Below are positions 36,950 through 49,600 of a DNA stretch of 64,000 nt, in pieces. Position 1 is the first letter of the stretch; each line of letters begins with the position of its first letter. Below the pieces are notes generated by a model that did not search any database, was not told the origin of the DNA, and worked only from the letters and a program-made list of their open reading frames with translations. Location of the stretch: contig JASTWF010000034.1 in assembly GCA_030390025.1 (NCBI GenBank), positions 3,224,001 through 3,288,000 on the forward strand, written 5' to 3'. Both the position numbers and the translations under genes were made by a program. The stretch is from Squalus acanthias (Eukaryota).

Positions 36950-37248
36950 GGCTTTGATGATTTAATGGCCATCAATATAAGATAGTCACTAATAAATCCA
37001 ACAAAGAATTCAGGAGAAACATCTTTACCCAGCGAGTGGTGAGAATGTGGAACTCGCGACCACATGGAGTAGTTGAGGCGAATAACATCAATGCATTTTA
37101 GGGGAAGCTGGATAAGTACATGAGGGAGAAAGGAATAGAAGGATGTGCGATGAAGTCGGGTGGGAGGAGGTTCGTGTGGAGCAGAACCACCGGCATTGAC
37201 CTGTTGGGCCGAATGGCCTGTTTCTGTGCTGTAAGTACTATGTAATGT
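36950..37248 (+). mobile_element. CR1 3' fragment (copies at 40634-40932 and 44319-44617)
   Basis: FRRNIFTQRVVRMWNSRP, 3' UTR stem-loop, TGTAA tail. Confidence 0.85.
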
Positions 37249-37647
37249 AATAGATTAAAGTTCCTTCTACACTGCCCCATCAGATACTCCAAGAGCAGGT
37301 ACAGCATGGGTTAGATACAGGTTAAAGCTACTTCTATACTGCCTCATCAAATATTCCAAGAGCAGGTAGAGCATGGGTTAGATACAGGTTAAATCTACTT
37401 CTATACTGCCTCATGAAACATTTCCACGGAAGGTGCAGCACCTGTTATTATTGGATAAATCTCCCTCTACACTGTGCCATCAAATTCTCCCAAGGCAAGT
37501 ACAGCACGAGTAAAGCTCCCGCTACCCAATCCCACCAAATACACCCAGGGCAGGTACAGCACAGACCTTCCCTTTTGTTCTTTCCTCCCATTCCCCCTTT
37601 CCCAGCCTCTATACATGCTTAAAATCTGTTACATCTGTAATATTTCG

Positions 37648-37684
37648 AGTTCTGATGAAAGTTCATCGAGCTGAAACATTGACT
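37648..37684 (+). ncRNA. Minimal hammerhead motif, PLE family 2 (copies at 41333-41369 and 45018-45054)
   Basis: AGTT CTGATGA A AGTTC-ATC-GAGCT GAAA CATT GACT; the stem III palindrome has decayed (AACATT). Confidence 0.6.
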
Positions 37685-38227
37685 CTGTTTCTCTCTCCAC
37701 AGATGCTGCCTGACCTGCTGAGCAATGTTCCGTGGAAGGTTCTTGGCCGCGCGGCGATCTGTAAGATCCTGCGCACTTAAATTCACAGGCCGCACAGTGA
37801 GCTGGAGCGGGCGGAAGGGCACAATACCCAAATACCCGGGATGCAAAGTAAAGCTCCGTCTGCACTGTCCAATCAAACATTCCCCGGGCAATCACAGCAC
37901 GGGTTATATAAAGATTAAAGCTCTCTGCACTGTCCCATCAAACATTTCCCGGACAATAACAGCACGGGTTATATAAAGATTAAAACTCTCTGCACTGTCC
38001 CATCAAACATTCCCAGGACAATAACAGCACGGGTTATATAAAGATTAAAGCTCTCTGCACTGTCCCATCAAACATTCCCCGGGCAATAACAGCACGGGTT
38101 ATATAAAGATTAAAGCTCTCTGCACTGTCCCATCAAACATTATGCGGAGATGCCGGTGTTGGACTGGGGTGGACAAAATTGAGAGGTCGCACAACACCAG
38201 GTTATAGTCCAACAGTTTTATTTGAAA

Positions 38228-38265
38228 TCACAAGCTTTCGGAGCTATCGCTCCTTCCTCAGGTGA
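38228..38265 (-). ncRNA. Minimal hammerhead motif, family 1 (copies at 41913-41950 and 45598-45635)
   Basis: Minus strand TCAC CTGAGGA A GGAGC GATA GCTCC GAAA GCTT GTGA. Confidence 0.85.
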
Positions 38266-39314
38266 AGTAAATTGGATACAGAATCGCCAGAGCATATATA
38301 GATGGAAAAAAAAGCATGTGTACTTTACAATTGCAGACCAATAAATTAAATCATCCTGACTATCTGCCGAGGTGTGATAAAGTTAATTAAGTCAGCCAGG
38401 AAGGTACCACATCAAAAGACATAGCAAGATACAACTGAGACAATGAGGTGTAGTCGCAGGGGTTCTAACGTGTCAAAAGCTGCCGTCTGTATGTAAAACG
38501 AAAAGCTATAAAAAAAATTTACTTTTTTACTGGAAAAATTTTTACTTTTTTACTGGGAATCACATCTGTGAACAAGCTAACGACGACTCGAGTCCGGATC
38601 ACGTCATGTATCGTGACATAAACCCAAGATCCCGATTGAGACCGTCTTCATGAGTGCGGAACTTGGCTATCAGTTTCTGCTCGATGATTTTGCGTTGTCG
38701 TGTGTTTCTAAGGTTGCCCTGGAGAACGCTTGCAGACACTGAGACAACGTATGAATGAGCACCGCGCAACAATCGCCAGGCAGGATTGTTACCTCCCAGT
38801 CGGGGAACACTTCAGCAGTCAAGGACATTCAGCCTCGGATCTGCGGGTAAGCGTTCTCCAGGGCAACCTTAGAAACACACGACAACGCAAAATCATCGAG
38901 CAGAAACTGATAGCCAAGTTCCGCACTCATGAAGACGGTCTCAATCGGGATCTTGGGTTTATGTCACGATACATGACGTGATCCGGACTCGAGTCGTCGT
39001 TAGCTTGTTCACAGATGTGATTCCCAGTAAAAAAGTAAAAATTTTCCCAGTAAAAAAGTAATTTTTTTTTAAAGCTTTTCGTTTTACATACAGACGGCAG
39101 CTTTTGACACGTTAGAACCCCTGCGACTACACCTCATTGTCTCAGTTGTATCTTGCTATGTCTTTTGATGTGGTACCTTCCTGGCTGACTTAATTAACTT
39201 TATCACACCTCGGCAGATAGTCAGGATGATTTAATTTATTGGTCTGCAATTGTAAAGTACACATGCTTTTTTTTCCATCTATATATGCTCTGGCGATTCT
39301 GTATCCAATTTACT

Positions 39315-39352
39315 TCACCTGAGGAAGGAGCGATAGCTCCGAAAGCTTGTGA
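39315..39352 (+). ncRNA. Minimal hammerhead motif, family 1 (copies at 43000-43037 and 46685-46722)
   Basis: TCAC CTGAGGA A GGAGC GATA GCTCC GAAA GCTT GTGA. Confidence 0.85.
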
Positions 39353-41826
39353 TTTCAAATAAAACTGTTGGACTATAACCTGGTGTTGTGCGACCTCTCA
39401 ATTTTGTCCATCAAACATTCCCAGGGCAATAACAGCACGGGTTATATAAAGATTAAAGCTCTCTGCACTGTCCCATCAAACATTCCCCGGGCAATAACAG
39501 CACGGGTTATATAAAGATTAAAGCTCTCTGCACTGTCCCATCAAACATTCCCCGGGCAATAACAGCACGGGTTATATAAAGATTAAAGCTCTCTGCACTG
39601 TCCCATCAAACATTCCCCGGGCAATAACAGCACGGGTTATATAAAGATTAAAGCTCTCTGCACTGTCCCATCAAACATTCCCCGGGCAATAACAGCACGG
39701 GTTAGATACAGAGTAAAGCTCCCTCTACACTGTCCCATCAAACACTCCCAGGGCAGGTACAGCACGGGTTAGATACAGAGTAAAGCTCCCTCTACACTGT
39801 CCCATCAAACACTCCCGGGGCAGGTACAGCACGGGTTAGATACAGAGTAAAGCTCCCTCTACACTGTCCCATCAAACACTCCCGGGGCAGGTACAGCACG
39901 GGTTAGATACAGAGTAAAGCTCCCTCTACACTGTCCCATCAAACACTCCCAGGGCAGGTACAGCACGGGTTAGATACAGAGTAAAGCTCCCTCTACACTG
40001 TCCCATCAAACACTCCCGGGGCAGGTACAGCACGGGTTAGATACAGAGTAAAGCTCCCTCTACCCTGTCCCATCAAACACTCCCGGGGCAGGTACAGCAC
40101 GGGTTAGATACAGAGTAAAGCTCCCTCTACACTGTCCCATCAAACACTCCCGGGGCAGGTACAGCACGGGTTAGATACAGAGTAAAGCTCCCTCTACACT
40201 GTCCCATCAAACACTCCCAGGGCAGGTACAGCACGGGTTAGATACAGAGTAAAGCTCCTTCTACACTGTCCCATCAAACACTCCCGGGGCAGGTACAGCA
40301 CGGGTGAGATACAGAGTAAAGCTCCCTCTACACTGTCTTATCAAACACTCCCAGGGCAGGTACAGCACGGGTTAGATACAGAGTAAAGCTCCTTCTACAC
40401 TGTCCCATCAAACACTCCCGGGGCAGGTACAGCACGGGTTAGATACAGAGTAAAGCTCCCTCTACACTGTCCTATCAAACACTCCCAGGGCAGGTACAGC
40501 ACGGGTTAGATACAGAGTAAAGCTCCCTCTACACTGTCCCATCAAACACTCCCAGGGCAGGTAGATCACGGGTTAGATACAGAGTAAAGCTCCCTCTACA
40601 CGCTCCCAACAAACACTCCCAGGGCAGGTACGGGGCTTTGATGATTTAATGGCCATCAATATAAGATAGTCACTAATAAATCCAACAAAGAATTCAGGAG
40701 AAACATCTTTACCCAGCGAGTGGTGAGAATGTGGAACTCGCGACCACATGGAGTAGTTGAGGCGAATAACATCAATGCATTTTAGGGGAAGCTGGATAAG
40801 TACATGAGGGAGAAAGGAATAGAAGGATGTGCGATGAAGTCGGGTGGGAGGAGGTTCGTGTGGAGCAGAACCACCGGCATTGACCTGTTGGGCCGAATGG
40901 CCTGTTTCTGTGCTGTAAGTACTATGTAATGTAATAGATTAAAGTTCCTTCTACACTGCCCCATCAGATACTCCAAGAGCAGGTACAGCATGGGTTAGAT
41001 ACAGGTTAAAGCTACTTCTATACTGCCTCATCAAATATTCCAAGAGCAGGTAGAGCATGGGTTAGATACAGGTTAAATCTACTTCTATACTGCCTCATGA
41101 AACATTTCCACGGAAGGTGCAGCACCTGTTAGGTATTGGATAAATCTCCCTCTACACTGTGCCATCAAATTCTCCCAAGGCAAGTACAGCACGAGTAAAG
41201 CTCCCGCTACCCAATCCCACCAAATACACCCAGGGCAGGTACAGCACAGACCTTCCCTTTTGTTCTTTCCTCCCATTCCCCCTTTCCCAGCCTCTATACA
41301 TGCTTAAAATCTGTTACATCTGTAATATTTCGAGTTCTGATGAAAGTTCATCGAGCTGAAACATTGACTCTGTTTCTCTCTCCACAGATGCTGCCTGACC
41401 TGCTGAGCAATGTTCCGTGGAAGGTTCTTGGCCGCGCGGCGATCTGTAAGATCCTGCGCACTTAAATTCACAGGCCGCACAGTGAGCTGGAGCGGGCGGA
41501 AGGGCACAATACCCAAATACCCGGGATGCAAAGTAAAGCTCCGTCTGCACTGTCCAATCAAACATTCCCCGGGCAATCACAGCACGGGTTATATAAAGAT
41601 TAAAGCTCTCTGCACTGTCCCATCAAACATTTCCCGGACAATAACAGCACGGGTTATATAAAGATTAAAGCTCTCTGCACTGTCCCATCAAACATTCCCA
41701 GGACAATAACAGCACGGGTTATATAAAGATTAAAGCTCTCTGCACTGTCCCATCAAACATTCCCCGGGCAATAACAGCACGGGTTATATAAAGATTAAAG
41801 CTCTCTGCACTGTCCCATCAAACATT

Positions 41827-43095
41827 ATGCGGAGATGCCGGTGTTGGTCTGGGGTGGACAAAATTGAGAGGTCGCACAACACCAGGTTATAGTCCAACAG
41901 TTTTATTTGAAATCACAAGCTTTCGGAGCTATCGCTCCTTCCTCAGGTGAAGTAAATTGGATACAGAATCGCCAGAGCATATATAGATGGAAAAAAAAGC
42001 ATGTGTACTTTACAATTGCAGACCAATAAATTAAATCATCCTGACTATCTGCCGAGGTGTGATAAAGTTAATTAAGTCAGCCAGGAAGGTACCACATCAA
42101 AAGACATAGCAAGATACAACTGAGACAATGAGGTGTAGTCGCAGGGGTTCTAACGTGTCAAAAGCTGCCGTCTGTATGTAAAACGAAAAGCTATAAAAAA
42201 AATTTACTTTTTTACTGGAAAAATTTTTACTTTTTTACTGGGAATCACATCTGTGAACAAGCTAACGACGACTCGAGTCCGGATCACGTCATGTATCGTG
42301 ACATAAACCCAAGATCCCGATTGAGACCGTCTTCATGAGTGCGGAACTTGGCTATCAGTTTCTGCTCGATGATTTTGCGTTGTCGTGTGTTTCTAAGGTT
42401 GCCCTGGAGAACGCTTGCAGGCACTGAGACAACGTATGAATGAGCACCGCGCAACAATCGCCAGGCAGGATTGTTACCTCCCAGTCGGGGAACACTTCAG
42501 CAGTCAAGGACATTCAGCCTCGGATCTGCGGGTAAGCGTTCTCCAGGGCAACCTTAGAAACACACGACAACGCAAAATCATCGAGCAGAAACTGATAGCC
42601 AAGTTCCGCACTCATGAAGACGGTCTCAATCGGGATCTTGGGTTTATGTCACGATACATGACGTGATCCGGACTCGAGTCGTCGTTAGCTTGTTCACAGA
42701 TGTGATTCCCAGTAAAAAAGTAAAAATTTTCCCAGTAAAAAAGTAATTTTTTTTTAAAGCTTTTCGTTTTACATACAGACGGCAGCTTTTGACACGTTAG
42801 AACCCCTGCGACTACACCTCATTGTCTCAGTTGTATCTTGCTATGTCTTTTGATGTGGTACCTTCCTGGCTGACTTAATTAACTTTATCACACCTCGGCA
42901 GATAGTCAGGATGATTTAATTTATTGGTCTGCAATTGTAAAGTACACATGCTTTTTTTTCCATCTATATATGCTCTGGCGATTCTGTATCCAATTTACTT
43001 CACCTGAGGAAGGAGCGATAGCTCCGAAAGCTTGTGATTTCAAATAAAACTGTTGGACTATAACCTGGTGTTGTGCGACCTCTCAATTTTGTCCA
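41827..43095. mobile_element. Palindromic PLE family-1 insertion, copy 2
   Basis: Copy 1 shifted by +3685. Confidence 0.93.
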
Positions 43096-45511
43096 TCAAA
43101 CATTCCCAGGGCAATAACAGCACGGGTTATATAAAGATTAAAGCTCTCTGCACTGTCCCATCAAACATTCCCCGGGCAATAACAGCACGGGTTATATAAA
43201 GATTAAAGCTCTCTGCACTGTCCCATCAAACATTCCCCGGGCAATAACAGCACGGGTTATATAAAGATTAAAGCTCTCTGCACTGTCCCATCAAACATTC
43301 CCCGGGCAATAACAGCACGGGTTATATAAAGATTAAAGCTCTCTGCACTGTCCCATCAAACATTCCCCGGGCAATAACAGCACGGGTTAGATACAGAGTA
43401 AAGCTCCCTCTACACTGTCCCATCAAACACTCCCAGGGCAGGTACAGCACGGGTTAGATACAGAGTAAAGCTCCCTCTACACTGTCCCATCAAACACTCC
43501 CGGGGCAGGTACAGCACGGGTTAGATACAGAGTAAAGCTCCCTCTACACTGTCCCATCAAACACTCCCGGGGCAGGTACAGCACGGGTTAGATACAGAGT
43601 AAAGCTCCCTCTACACTGTCCCATCAAACACTCCCAGGGCAGGTACAGCACGGGTTAGATACAGAGTAAAGCTCCCTCTACACTGTCCCATCAAACACTC
43701 CCGGGGCAGGTACAGCACGGGTTAGATACAGAGTAAAGCTCCCTCTACCCTGTCCCATCAAACACTCCCGGGGCAGGTACAGCACGGGTTAGATACAGAG
43801 TAAAGCTCCCTCTACACTGTCCCATCAAACACTCCCGGGGCAGGTACAGCACGGGTTAGATACAGAGTAAAGCTCCCTCTACACTGTCCCATCAAACACT
43901 CCCAGGGCAGGTACAGCACGGGTTAGATACAGAGTAAAGCTCCTTCTACACTGTCCCATCAAACACTCCCGGGGCAGGTACAGCACGGGTGAGATACAGA
44001 GTAAAGCTCCCTCTACACTGTCTTATCAAACACTCCCAGGGCAGGTACAGCACGGGTTAGATACAGAGTAAAGCTCCTTCTACACTGTCCCATCAAACAC
44101 TCCCGGGGCAGGTACAGCACGGGTTAGATACAGAGTAAAGCTCCCTCTACACTGTCCTATCAAACACTCCCAGGGCAGGTACAGCACGGGTTAGATACAG
44201 AGTAAAGCTCCCTCTACACTGTCCCATCAAACACTCCCAGGGCAGGTAGATCACGGGTTAGATACAGAGTAAAGCTCCCTCTACACGCTCCCAACAAACA
44301 CTCCCAGGGCAGGTACGGGGCTTTGATGATTTAATGGCCATCAATATAAGATAGTCACTAATAAATCCAACAAAGAATTCAGGAGAAACATCTTTACCCA
44401 GCGAGTGGTGAGAATGTGGAACTCGCGACCACATGGAGTAGTTGAGGCGAATAACATCAATGCATTTTAGGGGAAGCTGGATAAGTACATGAGGGAGAAA
44501 GGAATAGAAGGATGTGCGATGAAGTCGGGTGGGAGGAGGTTCGTGTGGAGCAGAACCACCGGCATTGACCTGTTGGGCCGAATGGCCTGTTTCTGTGCTG
44601 TAAGTACTATGTAATGTAATAGATTAAAGTTCCTTCTACACTGCCCCATCAGATACTCCAAGAGCAGGTACAGCATGGGTTAGATACAGGTTAAAGCTAC
44701 TTCTATACTGCCTCATCAAATATTCCAAGAGCAGGTAGAGCATGGGTTAGATACAGGTTAAATCTACTTCTATACTGCCTCATGAAACATTTCCACGGAA
44801 GGTGCAGCACCTGTTAGGTATTGGATAAATCTCCCTCTACACTGTGCCATCAAATTCTCCCAAGGCAAGTACAGCACGAGTAAAGCTCCCGCTACCCAAT
44901 CCCACCAAATACACCCAGGGCAGGTACAGCACAGACCTTCCCTTTTGTTCTTTCCTCCCATTCCCCCTTTCCCAGCCTCTATACATGCTTAAAATCTGTT
45001 ACATCTGTAATATTTCGAGTTCTGATGAAAGTTCATCGAGCTGAAACATTGACTCTGTTTCTCTCTCCACAGATGCTGCCTGACCTGCTGAGCAATGTTC
45101 CGTGGAAGGTTCTTGGCCGCGCGGCGATCTGTAAGATCCTGCGCACTTAAATTCACAGGCCGCACAGTGAGCTGGAGCGGGCGGAAGGGCACAATACCCA
45201 AATACCCGGGATGCAAAGTAAAGCTCCGTCTGCACTGTCCAATCAAACATTCCCCGGGCAATCACAGCACGGGTTATATAAAGATTAAAGCTCTCTGCAC
45301 TGTCCCATCAAACATTTCCCGGACAATAACAGCACGGGTTATATAAAGATTAAAGCTCTCTGCACTGTCCCATCAAACATTCCCAGGACAATAACAGCAC
45401 GGGTTATATAAAGATTAAAGCTCTCTGCACTGTCCCATCAAACATTCCCCGGGCAATAACAGCACGGGTTATATAAAGATTAAAGCTCTCTGCACTGTCC
45501 CATCAAACATT

Positions 45512-46780
45512 ATGCGGAGATGCCGGTGTTGGACTGGGGTGGACAAAATTGAGAGGTCGCACAACACCAGGTTATAGTCCAACAGTTTTATTTGAAATCA
45601 CAAGCTTTCGGAGCTATCGCTCCTTCCTCAGGTGAAGTAAATTGGATACAGAATCGCCAGAGCATATATAGATGGAAAAAAAAGCATGTGTACTTTACAA
45701 TTGCAGACCAATAAATTAAATCATCCTGACTATCTGCCGAGGTGTGATAAAGTTAATTAAGTCAGCCAGGAAGGTACCACATCAAAAGACATAGCAAGAT
45801 ACAACTGAGACAATGAGGTGTAGTCGCAGGGGTTCTAACGTGTCAAAAGCTGCCGTCTGTATGTAAAACGAAAAGCTATAAAAAAAATTTACTTTTTTAC
45901 TGGAAAAATTTTTACTTTTTTACTGGGAATCACATCTGTGAACAAGCTAACGACGACTCGAGTCCGGATCACGTCATGTATCGTGACATAAACCCAAGAT
46001 CCCGATTGAGACCGTCTTCATGAGTGCGGAACTTGGCTATCAGTTTCTGCTCGATGATTTTGCGTTGTCGTGTGTTTCTAAGGTTGCCCTGGAGAACGCT
46101 TGCAGACACTGAGACAACGTATGAATGAGCACCGCGCAACAATCGCCAGGCAGGATTGTTACCTCCCAGTCGGGGAACACTTCAGCAGTCAAGGACATTC
46201 AGCCTCGGATCTGCGGGTAAGCGTTCTCCAGGGCAACCTTAGAAACACACGACAACGCAAAATCATCGAGCAGAAACTGATAGCCAAGTTCCGCACTCAT
46301 GAAGACGGTCTCAATCGGGATCTTGGGTTTATGTCACGATACATGACGTGATCCGGACTCGAGTCGTCGTTAGCTTGTTCACAGATGTGATTCCCAGTAA
46401 AAAAGTAAAAATTTTCCCAGTAAAAAAGTAATTTTTTTTTAAAGCTTTTCGTTTTACATACAGACGGCAGCTTTTGACACGTTAGAACCCCTGCGACTAC
46501 ACCTCATTGTCTCAGTTGTATCTTGCTATGTCTTTTGATGTGGTACCTTCCTGGCTGACTTAATTAACTTTATCACACCTCGGCAGATAGTCAGGATGAT
46601 TTAATTTATTGGTCTGCAATTGTAAAGTACACATGCTTTTTTTTCCATCTATATATGCTCTGGCGATTCTGTATCCAATTTACTTCACCTGAGGAAGGAG
46701 CGATAGCTCCGAAAGCTTGTGATTTCAAATAAAACTGTTGGACTATAACCTGGTGTTGTGCGACCTCTCAATTTTGTCCA
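45512..46780. mobile_element. Palindromic PLE family-1 insertion, copy 3
   Basis: Copy 1 shifted by +7370. Confidence 0.93.
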
Positions 46781-47136
46781 TCAAACATTCCCAGGGCAAT
46801 AACAGCACGGGTTATATAAAGATTAAAGCTCTCTGCACTGTCCCATCAAACATTCCCCGGGCAATAACAGCACGGGTTATATAAAGATTAAAGCTCTCTG
46901 CACTGTCCCATCAAACATTCCCCGGGCAATAACAGCACGGGTTATATAAAGATTAAAGCTCTCTGCACTGTCCCATCAAACATTCCCCGGGCAATAACAG
47001 CACGGGTTATATAAAGATTAAAGCTCTCTGCACTGTCCCATCAAACATTCCCCGGGCAATAACAGCACGGGTTATATAAAGATTAAAGCTCTCTGCACTG
47101 TCCCAATCAAATGCTCCCAGGGCAAGTACAGCACTG

Positions 47137-49600
47137 ATCCCAACTCATCGCCAGGGCTGGGGAGAGAAACCTCGCCGCCGTCTTAGCAAGTTTAACCATG
47201 TTACTCATTTTCTGATTTGAGCTCCGATTGGAATTAGACTTTATTTTATTTTTTTAGTTTTATGTTTAACGACAGCATTGAAGGGGGAAATAGAAACTTG
47301 GAGCAACTTCTCCTGTCAAAGCTGCTATGAGACTTGAAAGAATTTAAAGATTTTAATGAACTTTTCACAATAAATGAGTGTTAAAAGCATTTCCCCCCCC
47401 CCTAAGTTTTGAATATGAATTTGGAAGAAACAGAAGGAAAAGTCAATTTCCCCTCATCTAAACAAGTTTCAACAAGGTCTTGAAGGCCAAACGTTTTTAA
47501 AGAGGTTCTGAAATGCTTAAAATGTTTTAAAATTGAAATTTCTCAATTTTTGATTGTGAGCGATCAAGTGAAGTGAGTAGCTTTACAGAAACATGCAACC
47601 ATGGTGTTGAGGAGGGGGAGGGCAGGGGAGGATTTGTAGGAGTTACATATTACTTTTAAATGAATTTTAAAAATATATACAATTAAGACATACAGGAAGA
47701 GAACGAAAAAAGGGAAAAACACAAAACCTTTTATTTTGCCTGTCGTTCTATAGTCCTAACAAGTCACAGGAATAATGTAAATATAGATTTCATCTTAAAC
47801 ATTTAGGGAAGTGTTCACAGGAACAAGAGATATGTGATGATGTATAAAAATTGCAGGAAAATATGTTATTTGTTTATTGACGAAGACACAGAAAATACTT
47901 TGATTAAACTGATAACGTACAATTCGATTGAATGTTTGATATGGGAGATTAAAAATTGTGAGCACAATAAAGTTTGTTCCCCGCTTTTAATTGTGAAATA
48001 ACTAAAATAATTCCAAATTTTCCTTGATAAGAGCAGGGAATAATATTGAGGAGAATGTTTGAGGGAAAAATATTAGAAGTGAAATTGGTAAATTATAAAT
48101 CTTTACATCAACATATGAATAAACATTTCCTAGTCAGTCTGACTGGTTCTCCTGTCCTGTAAGAAAGACCGATGTTTATTTCTGTTACATCACAGTTTTT
48201 CCAGCTTTCTGTTTATAATTCAGTGACACAAATTGTGTATGTGTTTTTCTGCACTTGTGAATTGGTGTTGCATTTCTGAACTGTTACATGGGTGATGTGC
48301 TGATTCAAGAAGACCACGTTTATTCACGGAAGTTATTGAAGTTGAAAATACGGATACCCATTTTGTTCAGTGATTTTTAATACTGCGAATTAAAGAACTA
48401 CAACACTTTATATTTGTTGATTGTCTGGTTGCATTGTGATTAATATTATAATAAGTTATGTGGACGTAATATGTGGATGCAATATAATGCTGAGAGACGT
48501 GAAGTTATCCACTTTGCTTTTCTATTTTTCCTACTAGAGTATTTTTTAAATGGTGAGAGTTTGAGACATGTTGGTAGTCAGAGGGACCTTGGTGTCCTTG
48601 TACACGAATCACTGAACTTTAACCTGCAGGTACAGCAAGCAATTAGTAAAGCAAATGGTACGTTGGCCGTCATTACAAGAGGATTTGAGTATAAAAGTAA
48701 AGACGTCTTATTGCAATTATATAGGGCATTGGTGAGATATACACCTGGAGTACTGTGTACAGTTTTGGTCACCTTACCTAAGGAAGGATATACTTGTCAA
48801 AGAGGGAGTGCAAGGAGGGTTCACCAGACTGGTTCCTGGGATGGGGGGATTGTCCTATGAGGAGAGTTTGAGCAGACGAAGCCTATATTCTCTAGAGTTT
48901 AGACGAATGAGGTGTGATCTATTTGAAGCATACACAATGCTTACTATGCTTGACTGGTTAGATGCAGGGAGGATGTTACCCCTGGCCTGGGGGTCTAGAA
49001 CCAGGGGTCACAGTGTCAGAATAAGGGGTCGGCCATTTAGGACTGAGATGAAGTGAAATTTCTTCATTCAGAGGCTGGTGAATCCTTGGAATTCTATAGC
49101 CCAGAGAGCTGTGGAGACTCAATCATTGAGTATATTCAAGACACAGATCGATAGATTTTTGAATATTGAGGGAATCAAGGGATTTGGAGATAGTGCAGGA
49201 AAGTGGAGATGAGGTAGAAGAACAGCCATGATCATATTGAATGGCGGAGCAGGCTCGAAGGGTCAAATGGCCTACTCCTACTCCTATTTCTTATGTTCTT
49301 AAAGCTCCCTCAATACGGCCCGATCAAACAATTCCAGGCAGGCGCACAAAAGCAAAATACTGTGGATGCTGGAAATCGGAAGTAAAAACAGAAAATGCTG
49401 GGAATACTCAGCAGGTCAGGCAGCATCTGTGGAGAGAGAAACAGAGCTGACGTTTCAGGTCTTAGACCTTTCGTTGGAACAGGCAGGTACCCATGGATTA
49501 GACACAGAGTAATGGACCACTCACCTCACTTTAACACTCTGATATACCCAACACCATTCAATTTAACACTCTGATATACACCACACCATTCACTTTAACA
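47137..49600 (-). repeat. Inverted segmental duplicate of ~12200-14613
   Basis: ATCCCAACTCATCGCCA at 47137 is the reverse complement of ~14596-14612; colinear through the CR1, PLE tail and minisatellite. Confidence 0.9.
48468..49300 (+). mobile_element. CR1 3' fragment (paralog of 12499-13262)
   Basis: QRDLGVLVHES, SRTRGHS, tail. Confidence 0.9.

Larger units (their letters stand above)
38142..39410. mobile_element. Palindromic PLE family-1 insertion, copy 1 (two 3' ends joined head to head)
   Basis: 38142-38731 is the reverse complement of the PLE 3' end; 38731-39410 is the forward 3' end including the endonuclease C-terminus; CCATCAAACATT occurs on both sides. Confidence 0.93.
37845..39700 (+). 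repeat. 65-bp variant of the 67-bp satellite, interrupted by the PLE palindrome (repeated in each macrosatellite unit)
   Basis: GGTTATATAAAGATTAAAGCTCTCTGCACTGTCCCATCAAACATTCCCCGGGCAATAACAGCACG, GTTAT at 39441 and 39506. Confidence 0.9.
36020..47075 (+). repeat. Tandem triplication (macrosatellite) with a 3685-bp unit
   Basis: Near-identical ORFs at 38730/42415/46100 and 37725/41410/45095, offset 3685. Unit = 67-bp satellite + CR1 3' end + PLE family-2 tail + 65-bp satellite variant + PLE palindrome. Edges fall in satellite and are approximate. Confidence 0.95.

Noticed and set aside
38730..38981. 83-aa ORF in three copies as an independent gene
   Set aside because: It is the C-terminal part of the PLE endonuclease, lacking the GIY-YIG motif; its TTG start is created by the inversion junction.
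35600..47135. CRISPR-like regular repeats (also 1-5238)
   Set aside because: Head-to-tail monomers with no unique spacers, no cas genes, and a vertebrate context.
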